The translations under genes were made by a program, and so were the position numbers. A stretch of DNA of 64,000 nt from an uncultured archaeon (lineage in GTDB: Archaea > Iainarchaeota > Iainarchaeia > Iainarchaeales > CAZILS01): NCBI GenBank assembly GCA_964540145.1, contig CAZILS010000001.1:19640-83639 (forward strand). The letters run 5' to 3'. The notes below the pieces were generated by a model that was given only the letters and a program-made list of their open reading frames with translations, was not told the DNA's origin and did not search any database. Shown one piece after another: positions 40,245-48,980 of the stretch (position 1 is the stretch's first letter; each line of letters starts with the position of its first letter).

Positions 40245-40616
40245 CTTACTTTTAAGCACCTTGGTTTTGCGCTTGGTTTATGGCTGCGGTCCTGGGTTAC
40301 TTTTAGCCTCGTTTTTTGCAGGCGTTGGTAATTACCGCTTACTTTCAGACCTGTTTTTTGGAATCCGCATAAAACCGCGCTTACTTTCGGCGCATTTCTA
40401 TGCCGGGCAGGGGTGCGCCCTTGATTTTTCACTTACTTTTTGTACAACTCCTCCAAATTGTGCGAAAACCAAGTAAATGTTCACTTACTTTTAGGTGTGT
40501 TTTTCGGCTGTTTTTCCTCATTTTTAGCCTTGAGTGGCTTAAATTACGCTTAAAGTCGGATTTAGTGCGGATATTGAAGGTAATTACTATTAATTAAAGT
40601 AAGAAATAAAAGTAAA
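40245..40616. repeat. Iteron-like array of CTTACTTT: six direct copies plus two inverted copies
   Basis: Direct copies start at 40245, 40296 (GTTACTTT), 40338, 40380, 40432 and 40484, giving spacings of 51, 42, 42, 52 and 52 bp. Inverted copies are AAAGTAAG at 40596 and AAAGTAAA at 40609, just upstream of the ATG at 40642. Confidence 0.75.
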
Positions 40617-40641
40617 TACCCTCAATATAATAACGAGTATC

Positions 40642-41097
40642 ATGAAATTTATTGTTAGGGGATTCGTAAATCTCTTTAGAAAGCTTTCAAACTGGGCCGA
40701 AGACGAGCCCGAGGTTGTTGAGAGAAGCGTTTACGAGGCAGGGGAGGAAATGGGGGCGGGGGAGGAAATTCACAGCCTCTGGGACTACCTCAAATTCATC
40801 GATAACACCCAGGCAGCACATATTACAGGGGTGCTTGGTTTCGATGAGTGGGTTACGATGGATGAAATCAAGCGAAGGATAATGGCTGTTTTCAATATTA
40901 GATACACTAATGACAGGAGTTTGTATCCGTATGTAAAGACTTTAGTTGATTGCGGCCTGCTCGAGACGACCAGCGCCGGCGGAAGGAGAAGCTGGAGAAA
41001 AAAAGACCTGATTATAAAAACCGAGCGCGGGGAAGAGAAGGAAGGCGCTTGGGAGAAAAAGAAGGCCAAGGTGAAAAAGAGCATCTCGGTGAGCTAA
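40642..41097 (+). CDS. Hypothetical protein with a probable winged-helix domain and a Lys/Glu-rich tail
   Basis: WVTMDEIKRRI...YPYVKTLVDCGLLETTSAGGRRSWRKK. Lies immediately downstream of the iteron array. Confidence 0.5.
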   Translation: MKFIVRGFVNLFRKLSNWAEDEPEVVERSVYEAGEEMGAGEEIHSLWDYLKFIDNTQAAHITGVLGFDEWVTMDEIKRRIMAVFNIRYTNDRSLYPYVKTLVDCGLLETTSAGGRRSWRKKDLIIKTERGEEKEGAWEKKKAKVKKSISVS

Positions 41098-41523
41098 TTC
41101 GCACACTGTTTTGGTGGAACCCCTGTCTTATACATAACACCCTTTTGTGGCCAGGATAGTGGTAAGTGCGCCCCCCCTTTAACGAATCCTTGCGATATAG
41201 GTTGCGGGCTTTGGTGTGTTTGGTAAAGGCCGCCCCTTGTGGGGCTTATTATTTTTGTGGTAATGCCTTATTTTTTCAGGTTTCTTTAACAGGGAGAATT
41301 AGCTTCCGCCCGCAATCGACCCCTTGGCTAATTTCAGGAGGGTTGCGGTCCACACGGCAGCGCTCCCTTGTTTTGGTGAAGGACGCCGGTGCGGGTTTTT
41401 TGGTTTTGTTGGCCGGGCCGGCGGGCGCCGGTTTTGGGAAATTTGTGTTTTGCCACCTTAAACAGCGCGGTTAGGGTTGTGTTAAGGGTTATTTGTGCCG
41501 GGGTTGCCGGGGTAAAAAGAAGA

Positions 41524-42117
41524 TTATTTCCGGATTGCTTTGTAGTTTGAATAAAAGTTGGTCAGCTTAGGGGATGCTTTATAAGAATCCCTAAACCAGG
41601 GGTTTGAGACAACTTTTTCGGCTTCCTTCAGGAGGAGTGATTTATAGCCGGGGTCAACGGCAGAGCCTTTTGAAAGGATTGTGCCGATGTTGTTGAGCTC
41701 GTTGTCCAGGCTTTCATGTTCGGCAGAGGTTGTTGTGACAAACTTCCTGACGAGCATGTTTTCTATGGCTTTTGCGGCCTCTTGGGGAGTAACGCTCTTC
41801 TCATTCATATAATAAACCGCCTTCCAGTCCCCCTTCCCCTGCCAATAGTGGCTCGGGTTCTTTCCGGTCTTGAAAAAGTCGGTTAATTGGGTAAAAACAC
41901 CTTTTGGGATGACAACGCAGTTCTTCCCCGGCCTTAGGTATGGGACATCCGAAAGAATGCCGGCCCGATGGTATTTGTACACTTTTCCAGAGGATTTACA
42001 GACGTTTTGGGTGTAGCCATATAGTGCCCGGAATAGCTTTTGGTATGTGTAGGATGAGTGCTTGATTGTTTCAGGCACAATAAATTTGTACTGGATGAAA
42101 TAACCTTCCAAGACCAT
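41524..42117 (-). CDS. Hypothetical protein (197 aa)
   Basis: Clean ORF with ATG and an upstream AATATATAAT box. No motif recognised. Confidence 0.5.
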   Translation of the reverse strand: MVLEGYFIQYKFIVPETIKHSSYTYQKLFRALYGYTQNVCKSSGKVYKYHRAGILSDVPYLRPGKNCVVIPKGVFTQLTDFFKTGKNPSHYWQGKGDWKAVYYMNEKSVTPQEAAKAIENMLVRKFVTTTSAEHESLDNELNNIGTILSKGSAVDPGYKSLLLKEAEKVVSNPWFRDSYKASPKLTNFYSNYKAIRK

Positions 42118-42283
42118 TCTGACCCCCCACAGTTCCGCTAATAACCCATATTATATATTGAGTTTTCTTATGTATAATTTTATAACATAATAAATAAAAA
42201 GCTACTCCACAAAACAGAGTTATATAAGATAAAAATCCTATAATTAGTGGAACCTGCGCCAAAAGACGAAAACGCAGAAACAA

Positions 42284-42580
42284 CTAGCGCCTATACCTGT
42301 AATGGCTGGGCTTGCTTACTTCTTCCTTTTCCGGGGCGGAAGCACCGCTGCCGGCAACCAAAACAATGTCCTTGGCAGCCTTGACATTCTTATACGGAAT
42401 ACTCTTTTCACTTATAATTTTCTTGGCTTCTTGCTTGGACTTGGCCTTGAGAGCCTCTGTTGTAATGGTCTCTAGGCGGCCCTTCTCGAGGTTAATAACC
42501 AGGTCGAAGACCTTGCCCCTAAACTCCGCATTAGTGGTGTAGATGTCCATCCCGAAAAGCTTTGAAAGTTTCATAGACAT
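42284..42580 (-). CDS. PRC-barrel domain protein
   Basis: KLFGMDIYTTNAEFRGKVFDLVINLEKGRLETI pattern. AGGAGGT before the ATG and TTTAAATACATAAAAG upstream. Confidence 0.6.
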   Translation of the reverse strand: MSMKLSKLFGMDIYTTNAEFRGKVFDLVINLEKGRLETITTEALKAKSKQEAKKIISEKSIPYKNVKAAKDIVLVAGSGASAPEKEEVSKPSHYRYRR

Positions 42581-42830
42581 GCTTATTACCTCCTTGCTGT
42601 CTAAAGCGTTATTATAAAGTCTTTTATGTATTTAAACATTTGCTTTAAATCGAGGTGTATCTTTAAATAACACCTGAAAAAAACGTGTTCTACATAACTG
42701 CGGTGTCCCGCAGAAAGCACCTGCCCAAACCACACGCCGCGGCAAAGGCCGCAAAGTGGCGTCTACATAATAGATAAGCCGAGTTTATAGCTTAGATTAG
42801 ATAGTTTTTAATTAATAATTCTGCTAAAGA

Positions 42831-43124
42831 ATGCCTATTATGGATTTCAGAAAAGGCTTGCCGAGTTACTTTTTCAGGGAGAAGCAGGCGCTTGCCTTGC
42901 TTTATTTGTATGCTGAAGACAGGGAATGGTATCCTATGCTTTTGGCGAAGGCCATTGACTGCACATATCCCCACATTTCCCACATGTGCGGGCAGTTCGA
43001 GGAACTTGGCCTTATTGAGGTTTCGGCCAGGGGGAGAAAGAAGATTATAAAACTCAGCCCAAAAGGGGCGAAATTGGGGAAGATTTTGGCCGAGTTTGTG
43101 GAGCAGTTTCCCACCCAAAAATAG
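42831..43124 (+). CDS. Small winged-helix transcriptional regulator
   Basis: YPMLLAKAIDCTYPHISHMCGQFEELGLIEVSARGRKKIIKLSPKG. Confidence 0.6.
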   Translation: MPIMDFRKGLPSYFFREKQALALLYLYAEDREWYPMLLAKAIDCTYPHISHMCGQFEELGLIEVSARGRKKIIKLSPKGAKLGKILAEFVEQFPTQK

Positions 43125-43148
43125 TTGTTTTTTAGATGGGGGGAGACT

Positions 43149-43235
43149 GGCGTTATTAGCGGAAGTGAGCGGAAATGGCGGCAATGGCCGCTCTATTGTG
43201 GAAAAGTGAGGGTGGGCGTTATTAGCGGAAGTGAG
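43149..43235 (+). repeat. Exact 21-bp direct repeat GGCGTTATTAGCGGAAGTGAG (two copies, 66 bp apart)
   Basis: Copies at 43149-43169 and 43215-43235, plus a third AAGTGAG at 43204. Located between the converging wHTH and recombinase genes. Confidence 0.8.
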
Positions 43236-43260
43236 GGGCCTGCCGGTCCCCATGCCCACA

Positions 43261-44184
43261 CTACATGTTGTCGAAGGGGCTCTTAACTTTTTTCAGTTCA
43301 TCTGTCGAGACCTTGGTGTAAATCTGGGTTGTTGAGAGGTCGTTATGGCCCAACAAAACCTGGATTTTACGAATACTCTCTCCGGCCTCGAGGAGGTGGG
43401 TTGCATAGCTGTGCCTTAGGGAGTGAGGTGTAACATGTTTCTGAAGGCCTGCTTTTCCCGCAGCAAGCTTGATTATCCTCTGGATTGTGTCCGGGGAAAT
43501 AGGCTTTCCATTCTTCTTGGAGAAGACATATTCACTCTTGATTTTCTTGCGCTTGAGGTATTTTTTCAGCTCAGTAATCCACGAGGTTGAGAGTATAATC
43601 ACACGGTCCTTGCCGCCTTTCCCGCCGCGAATTCTTGCAATCTTTTCCCTGAAGTCAAGGTCTTCGGTCCTGAGCTTGACAGCTTCGCTGACCCTGCAGC
43701 CCGCAGAGTAGAGGAACTCCAGGGTGAGGCGGTTTCTTCCGGCCTTGGTTGCCTTGAACAAGGCCTTGATTTCCGGCTTTGTCAAAACAGTGGGGAGTTT
43801 CTTGGATTTTTTTGGGATTTTGATATCATCAACAATCTTGGATTTGAGGTAGTTGTGGAAGTAATATTTTAGGGCGGCGTGTGCGAGGGCGAGGGTGGCG
43901 CCCGAGCAGTTCTGGCTTTCGCGTTTATAGGCCATGAAATTGACAATGTCCTCGCGCCGTGCGTCCACCGGGGCTTTTTTAGCATAGTTGAGGAAGTCCT
44001 TGACGTACATCAAATACATATCAAGGGTTTTTGGGGAGTAGCCTGCTATGAGGAGCTCCGAGCGGAAGCCCTTCAGGGAGTGTTCGTGTTTTTGCCAGGG
44101 CTTCGGGGCGGCGGTTCCGGCAGAGGCCCCTGTCCGCGCCTTCACACTTTCAGGGACTGCGGCTTGTTTTTCAGCATAATCCAT
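43261..44184 (-). CDS. Tyrosine recombinase, XerA/XerD-like
   Basis: SAGCRVSEAVKL (Arg I), GKGGKDRVI, HSLRHSYATHLLEAG (box II H-x-x-R), LLGHNDLSTTQIYTKV (catalytic Tyr). Confidence 0.85.
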   Translation of the reverse strand: MDYAEKQAAVPESVKARTGASAGTAAPKPWQKHEHSLKGFRSELLIAGYSPKTLDMYLMYVKDFLNYAKKAPVDARREDIVNFMAYKRESQNCSGATLALAHAALKYYFHNYLKSKIVDDIKIPKKSKKLPTVLTKPEIKALFKATKAGRNRLTLEFLYSAGCRVSEAVKLRTEDLDFREKIARIRGGKGGKDRVIILSTSWITELKKYLKRKKIKSEYVFSKKNGKPISPDTIQRIIKLAAGKAGLQKHVTPHSLRHSYATHLLEAGESIRKIQVLLGHNDLSTTQIYTKVSTDELKKVKSPFDNM

Positions 44185-44280
44185 GTTACTATTGGGGTTC
44201 CTGTCTTTTTAATCTCTCTGTCCGCACCGGAAATTTCGCCTTTGGCAAGGATTTAAACAACATCGGAATACAATAAATGT

Positions 44281-44955
44281 ATGTTCAAGGCTGTGCTTTT
44301 TGATTTGGACAATACGCTCATGGATTTCATGAGCATGAAGAAAATTAGCTGTGAGGCCGCGATTTCGGCGATGATAGATGCGGGCCTTGATTTGGAGCAC
44401 GACAAGGCATATGACAAGCTGTTTGAGCTCTATGGGAAGTATGGGATAGAGCACCAGAAGATTTTCCAGGAGTTTCTTAGTGCGGTGAATGGGGAGATTG
44501 ACTACAAGATTTTGTCCAGCGGGGTAACCGCATACAGGAGGGTGCAGGCAGGGTTTATGCGGCCTTATCCTCATGTGCGGGCAACGCTTATTGCATTAAG
44601 GGAGCGCGGGATTAAACTTGGGATTTTGAGTGACGCCCCAAAAATGAGAGCCTGGCTTAGGCTGAGCGAGATGAGCCTTACGGATTTCTTTGATACTGTT
44701 ATAACTTTGGACGATACCGGGGAGATGAAGCCCTCGCCGAAGGCGTTCAGTGCTGCGGTGAAGGGGCTGGGTGTTGAGGCCGGCAGGATACTTTTTGTCG
44801 GGGATAACCCCGAAAGGGACATCAAGGGCGCAAAAGCCGCGGGGATGAAGACAGCGCTTGCGAAGTACGGGCAGATATTCCCCGACGGGCATGTTAAGGC
44901 GGATTACGAGCTGAAGGGCGTGCGGGATTTGCTCGGGATTGTGGGCAAAAAGTGA
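44281..44955 (+). CDS. HAD-superfamily hydrolase
   Basis: AVLFDLDNTLMDF (DxD motif I), LSDAP, KPSPKAF, VGDNPERDIKGA. Confidence 0.8.
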   Translation: MFKAVLFDLDNTLMDFMSMKKISCEAAISAMIDAGLDLEHDKAYDKLFELYGKYGIEHQKIFQEFLSAVNGEIDYKILSSGVTAYRRVQAGFMRPYPHVRATLIALRERGIKLGILSDAPKMRAWLRLSEMSLTDFFDTVITLDDTGEMKPSPKAFSAAVKGLGVEAGRILFVGDNPERDIKGAKAAGMKTALAKYGQIFPDGHVKADYELKGVRDLLGIVGKK

Positions 44956-45019
44956 TTCGGTTTCCGAATCGGATAGCTTTATATATATTACAATACCAAT
45001 TCCTGTGGAGGTGGGAGTT

Positions 45020-45187
45020 ATGGCATTGATGGCCAAAACTAAAATTGCGGGCGTTCCGCGGGCACCGGATTTTGCGAGGAGAGTTGTGCCGAAGTGCATG
45101 AACTGCGGGCACTATATTGAGAAGCCGGTGGGGATATACTCGAGGAGATTTTGTTCTGTCGAGTGCATGAACAGCTATTTGCTTTGA
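45020..45187 (+). CDS. Small TRASH / zf-FCS-type zinc-binding protein (55 aa)
   Basis: CMNCGHYI...FCSVEC spacing, GGAGGTGGGAG before the ATG, ATATATATTA box upstream. Confidence 0.5.
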   Translation: MALMAKTKIAGVPRAPDFARRVVPKCMNCGHYIEKPVGIYSRRFCSVECMNSYLL

Positions 45188-45192
45188 TTTCG

Positions 45193-45972
45193 ATGAATTC
45201 AATAGACTGCGGGGAAATACACAACAAGATAACCTCCGGGATGAAAACTTTTTTTTCGGAAAGCGGCACGAAGAGGGCTGTGCTTGGGCTGAGCGGGGGA
45301 GTAGATTCTGCGCTTTGTGCAAAGCTTGCGGGCGATGCTTTGGGGAAGGAGAATGTTACCGCCTTATTAATCCCCGAGAAAGGCGTTACCCCGGAAGCGA
45401 CGGTAACTGCTGCGGAAGTGCTCGCAAAGCAATTGGGCATCGAGTATGTTCGGCAGGAAATCAATGATTTCCTGGTGCCGTTTGGCAAGTTGGGATGGGC
45501 GCAGAATAAAACAGCGCAGGCGAACACAAAGGCGAGGGTGAGGGCTGTGCTGCTTTACAATTACGCAAATTCTAATAAGGCGTTGGTGGTAGGGACGGGG
45601 AACAAGAGCGAAATGCTTCTTGGTTATTTCACCAAGTTCGGGGATGCGGCCGCCGATTTATTGCCGATAGCGGATTTGTGGAAAAGCGAGGTGTTTGAGC
45701 TTTCCGATTATTTGGGTTTGCCGAAGGAGATTTTGGAGAGCGCGCCGAGCGCACACCTTTGGGAGGGGCAGACCGACGAGAAGGAGCTGGGTGCGGGCTA
45801 CGCAACAATCGATGCGATACTGAAGATGTATTTCGAGGGCGGGATGGGCGAGAAAAGCATTGTGGGAAAAGGCTATGGCGAGGGGCTGGTGCGGGGGCTG
45901 ATTAAGAGGGTTAATTTGTCGGAGCACAAGCGGCACATGCCCCGGATTGTTAAAATTGGGAAGGGCAAATAA
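45193..45972 (+). CDS. nadE: NH3-dependent NAD+ synthetase
   Basis: VLGLSGGVDSAL PP-loop, GTGNKSE, GYFTKFGD. Confidence 0.9.
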   Translation: MNSIDCGEIHNKITSGMKTFFSESGTKRAVLGLSGGVDSALCAKLAGDALGKENVTALLIPEKGVTPEATVTAAEVLAKQLGIEYVRQEINDFLVPFGKLGWAQNKTAQANTKARVRAVLLYNYANSNKALVVGTGNKSEMLLGYFTKFGDAAADLLPIADLWKSEVFELSDYLGLPKEILESAPSAHLWEGQTDEKELGAGYATIDAILKMYFEGGMGEKSIVGKGYGEGLVRGLIKRVNLSEHKRHMPRIVKIGKGK

Positions 45973-46005
45973 GCTTTATTAAGGGTTTCCCGCATTAATT
46001 ATTCG

Positions 46006-46203
46006 ATGGCAAGAACAGTTTACGGGGAATGCAAGATTTGCGGGCAGAAAACACAGCTTCTTGGGACAATATGCGAGAACTGCAAGCTCGAACTCGAGGC
46101 GAAGCACGACCCATCGAGAGAAAAAAAACAGGAAAAGCAAAGCAAGGAAGACATCGAGAAGGAGCTCGCCGAAAGGCGGAGAGACCCTTCGTTTTGGAGA
46201 TAG
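46006..46203 (+). CDS. Small zinc-ribbon protein with a charged tail
   Basis: CKICGQ...CENC. 65 aa. Confidence 0.4.
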   Translation: MARTVYGECKICGQKTQLLGTICENCKLELEAKHDPSREKKQEKQSKEDIEKELAERRRDPSFWR

Positions 46204-46263
46204 GTTCTTGAGGTTCCAAGGCATCTGCTTTTAGGTAGGCCGGAATCCGTTTTAGGGGGGGCA

Positions 46264-46887
46264 TCATTTGAAAGGCAGGGACTGCTGCATCGGCGGGAGC
46301 CGACCGTACGTTTCCACACTTTTCACGAGGTGCACAAGGTCTTTCATGGTGCCGTTCAAGAGGAGTTCCTCGAAATAGAGGAGCCTGTGCCTCGCACTTT
46401 CCCTCTTTTTGGGGTCCGAGAGGCTGAAGACAGCCTCGCCGTAGCCCATTTTCCTTAGGGACCCGTCCGATCTTCTCAGTCCGAGGGCTCCTTTCACCTC
46501 GGCATAGCCCGCCCTCCTGAGAAGCCTTGAGTTGAGTATGTTTTTTGAGTATAGTTGCATTTCGGCCTTTTCCTTCGTGAGCTTGTCCAGAAGCACCGGG
46601 TCGAAGAGCTCGGCCATTTTGGTGAGATAGAAGTCCTTCTGGACCTGGGAAAGCTCCCTCCAGTCCCTCTTTAGGATGCCTATCTTTTTCGCCTTGCGGT
46701 CATACCAGGGGAAGTTCACGACTATTGCGCCGGTGGGGCCGACGCCGTAGCCGAATTTCATTTCCCTGATTTTTGATTTGAGAGCCATCCCCCGGGGCTT
46801 TACGATGGGGCGTGGGCGTGCCTTAGGGATTCTGTGCTTTACCCCTCCCCCTTTCTGGGCTTTTTTGCCGCCCTTTTTTCCAAGCAT
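46264..46887 (-). CDS. Hypothetical protein with a basic N-terminus (207 aa)
   Basis: Clean ORF with an ATG. No motif recognised. Confidence 0.5.
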   Translation of the reverse strand: MLGKKGGKKAQKGGGVKHRIPKARPRPIVKPRGMALKSKIREMKFGYGVGPTGAIVVNFPWYDRKAKKIGILKRDWRELSQVQKDFYLTKMAELFDPVLLDKLTKEKAEMQLYSKNILNSRLLRRAGYAEVKGALGLRRSDGSLRKMGYGEAVFSLSDPKKRESARHRLLYFEELLLNGTMKDLVHLVKSVETYGRLPPMQQSLPFK

Positions 46888-46939
46888 GGAAAACTATTGG
46901 GCGAACCAATATTAATTATTTGCCCCCTAGGGTATTCCT

Positions 46940-47635
46940 ATGGTTTATTATGATGCCCATGTGCATTTGGACATGTTCAGGGAGGGGGCGTTGGAAAACT
47001 TCGCCACAGGGGATGTGAGGGCAATCGCGAACTCCATCGATATGGAGAGCTATGGGTTTGCGGTGAAGGAGAAGAAGGCAAACCCGAATGTGGTGAGGGT
47101 GTTTTTGGGGCAGCATCCCGACAGGGCCGACCTTGCGAAGGCAAAGGGAATCGCTGCGTTCATAAAGGAAAATCCTGTTGACGGGGTTGGGGAGATTGGC
47201 CTTGACCCGAGGTACGGGGATATTGATGAGCAGAAGAAGGTGTTTAAGCTTTTTTTAAGGGTGGCGAAGGCGAAGAAGCTGCCTGTTGTTGTGCATTCGA
47301 GGGATGTTGTGCAGGACGCAATGGACCTTTTGAAGGGGTTTAAGGGGAGAGTGATGATGCACTGGTTTCCAGGGGGTGTTGAGGAGATGCGGGAGTGTGT
47401 TGCGAGAGGATATTTCATTGGGTTTACGCCTTCGCATGCCCGGCAGGACAAGCTTATCAAAGAAACGCCTGTCTCGAACATGCTGCTGGAGACCGACAGC
47501 CCTGTTCAAGGTCGGCAGCCGCATGATGTCAAGGATTTGTACAAGGTTATAGGGGAGAAGAAGTGGCTAGGGGAGAAGGAGTTTGAGCAGGCAATAGGGA
47601 GGAATGTTTTGCGGTTCTTGGGGATAGGGGAATAG
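46940..47635 (+). CDS. TatD-family metal-dependent hydrolase/DNase
   Basis: YYDAHVHLD, GEIGLD, VVVHSRD, LLETDSP. Confidence 0.85.
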   Translation: MVYYDAHVHLDMFREGALENFATGDVRAIANSIDMESYGFAVKEKKANPNVVRVFLGQHPDRADLAKAKGIAAFIKENPVDGVGEIGLDPRYGDIDEQKKVFKLFLRVAKAKKLPVVVHSRDVVQDAMDLLKGFKGRVMMHWFPGGVEEMRECVARGYFIGFTPSHARQDKLIKETPVSNMLLETDSPVQGRQPHDVKDLYKVIGEKKWLGEKEFEQAIGRNVLRFLGIGE

Positions 47636-48314
47636 TCTTTATACATAACATTTATACTAAAAGAGTTTTGGCTAAAATAAGAAACTTTGTTCTTTTCCCT
47701 TTTGGCTTTTTGGGGCCTATTTGTGCTGTAAGCACTACCCCAAATAGCGATTATGCAAAAATGGTTTGGAATTATTTACTATTTTACGCGTTTCCTTTCG
47801 GTAATCTTATAAAAAAGGGCATTATTTTTCGCTTTCCTAAGCTGGGGAAATTGATGTTTTTCAGGGTGCGCAGAGGCCTGAACTGGGCGAGCCCAGGATG
47901 AGAGATAGCATGCTTTTTTGAAACCCTCCTCAAACCACCCTAAAACAAGAGTTAGAAGGGGATAAGCCACGGACACTCCCTAAAAACAGGTCCTAATCGC
48001 TGAAATAACGCGTTTTTTGGAGGACGGGGGCTGAATGCCCGGTGTGTTGGGAAAGCCCTTTGCCGGCGCACGCTCCCCGCAGGAGCGATACTCGTTTTTT
48101 CATAGTCTACGCCCCGGCAAAAACAGGAAAAAACCTTGTCTACATAACAGATATTTGTGGTGTGGGGAGGGAGAAGGCTGCTCCCCCCTTGGGCAGGGCC
48201 GGGCGAAGCGAAGTGAAACGCCGCAGCACCCGCTTCAGGTTCCCCGGGAAAGATTGAATTTAAGCCAAGCTTTCAGGAGATGCTGATAGCAACTGCGGAG
48301 GAAAGGCAGGCAGG

Positions 48315-48680
48315 CTATATGTTTTTGGGATCTAAATCAATCGCATTTATGCTGCAGGCGAGTATCGGTTTGATATCCCGGTTCTTCAGGATTTGTATGA
48401 GGTCGTCGCTCTCGCTCCCCGGGTTGAGGTAGGCGGTTTTCACATTCTTCTTCGGGAGCTGTTTCGCAATCTCCTCCCCCGAGGCAGGAGGGACGTAGAA
48501 TGAAGCGATATCGATGTCCCCGGGAACGCCGATAATTGTGGGATAGCATTCCAGGTTTTCTATTTTGTCGTATTTCGGGTTTATTGGAAAGACATCCCAC
48601 CCTTTTTTGAGGTAGGCCCTAACAGCCTTGTTGGAAAATTTCTCTCTGTTTTGGCTTGCGCCGATAATTGCGATGCGCAT
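48315..48680 (-). CDS. CoA-binding domain protein
   Basis: MRIAIIGASQNREKFSNKAVRAYLKKGWDVFPINP. ATG at 48680 is preferred over the upstream GTG. Confidence 0.75.
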   Translation of the reverse strand: MRIAIIGASQNREKFSNKAVRAYLKKGWDVFPINPKYDKIENLECYPTIIGVPGDIDIASFYVPPASGEEIAKQLPKKNVKTAYLNPGSESDDLIQILKNRDIKPILACSINAIDLDPKNI

Positions 48681-48738
48681 GCAGTAGTTGCTCACTCCAG
48701 CTTAAATAGCTTTTGCCCTTTCTCTATTCGGTGATAAT

Positions 48739-48939
48739 ATGAAGTGCGCTGAATGCGGCAAGTCCGCAACAAATGTCAACTTACAAGGGGTCCCGGTGTG
48801 CGCAGCCCATGTCAAAACCAAGGTGAAGGTGCCGATGTGCCCGAATTGCGGCCTTGGGATGGTGGCAAGGCAGGGCAAGTTCGGGGCTTTCTGGGGATGC
48901 ATGGCATTTCCCTCCTGCGACGGCATAAGGAAGATGTAG
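48739..48939 (+). CDS. Stand-alone topoisomerase-type C4 zinc-finger protein
   Basis: CPNCGLGMVARQGKFGAFWGCMAFPSCDG matches the zf-C4_Topoisom pattern. An extra N-terminal CxxC...C motif is present. Confidence 0.7.
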   Translation: MKCAECGKSATNVNLQGVPVCAAHVKTKVKVPMCPNCGLGMVARQGKFGAFWGCMAFPSCDGIRKM

Positions 48940-48980
48940 GTTTCGGAAAGTGTTAAATAGGGCGGAACCGTAATTCATTT

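Larger units (their letters stand above)
40201..44184. mobile_element. Candidate integrated element or remnant between tRNA-iMet and a tyrosine recombinase gene
   Basis: tRNA-adjacent position, iteron array, two small wHTH genes, orphan ORFs, repeat cluster next to the recombinase 3' end. No duplicated tRNA 3' segment (att) was found. Confidence 0.3.

Noticed and set aside
40132-40476. 114-aa plus-strand ORF and 70-aa minus-strand ORF covering tRNA-iMet and the repeat array
   Set aside because: They start inside the tRNA gene. Their periodic sequence simply mirrors the CTTACTTT repeats.
40245-40616. Considered a CRISPR array
   Set aside because: The repeated unit is only 8-10 nt, spacing alternates between 42 and 52 bp, there is no 25-40-nt conserved repeat, and no cas genes are present in the window.
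44185-44280. Searched for a duplicated 3' segment of tRNA-iMet (attR) beyond the recombinase gene
   Set aside because: Only a trivial ATCTCT match to the sequence following the tRNA was found. No convincing att core is present, so the integrated-element call stays at low confidence.
47668-48286. ORFs 47668..47901, 47779..47976, 48035..48286 and 48042..48257, plus a possible SRP RNA or RNase P RNA
   Set aside because: The ORFs have non-ATG starts or odd composition. I could not find the conserved SRP RNA helix 8 loop motifs or RNase P conserved regions by eye.
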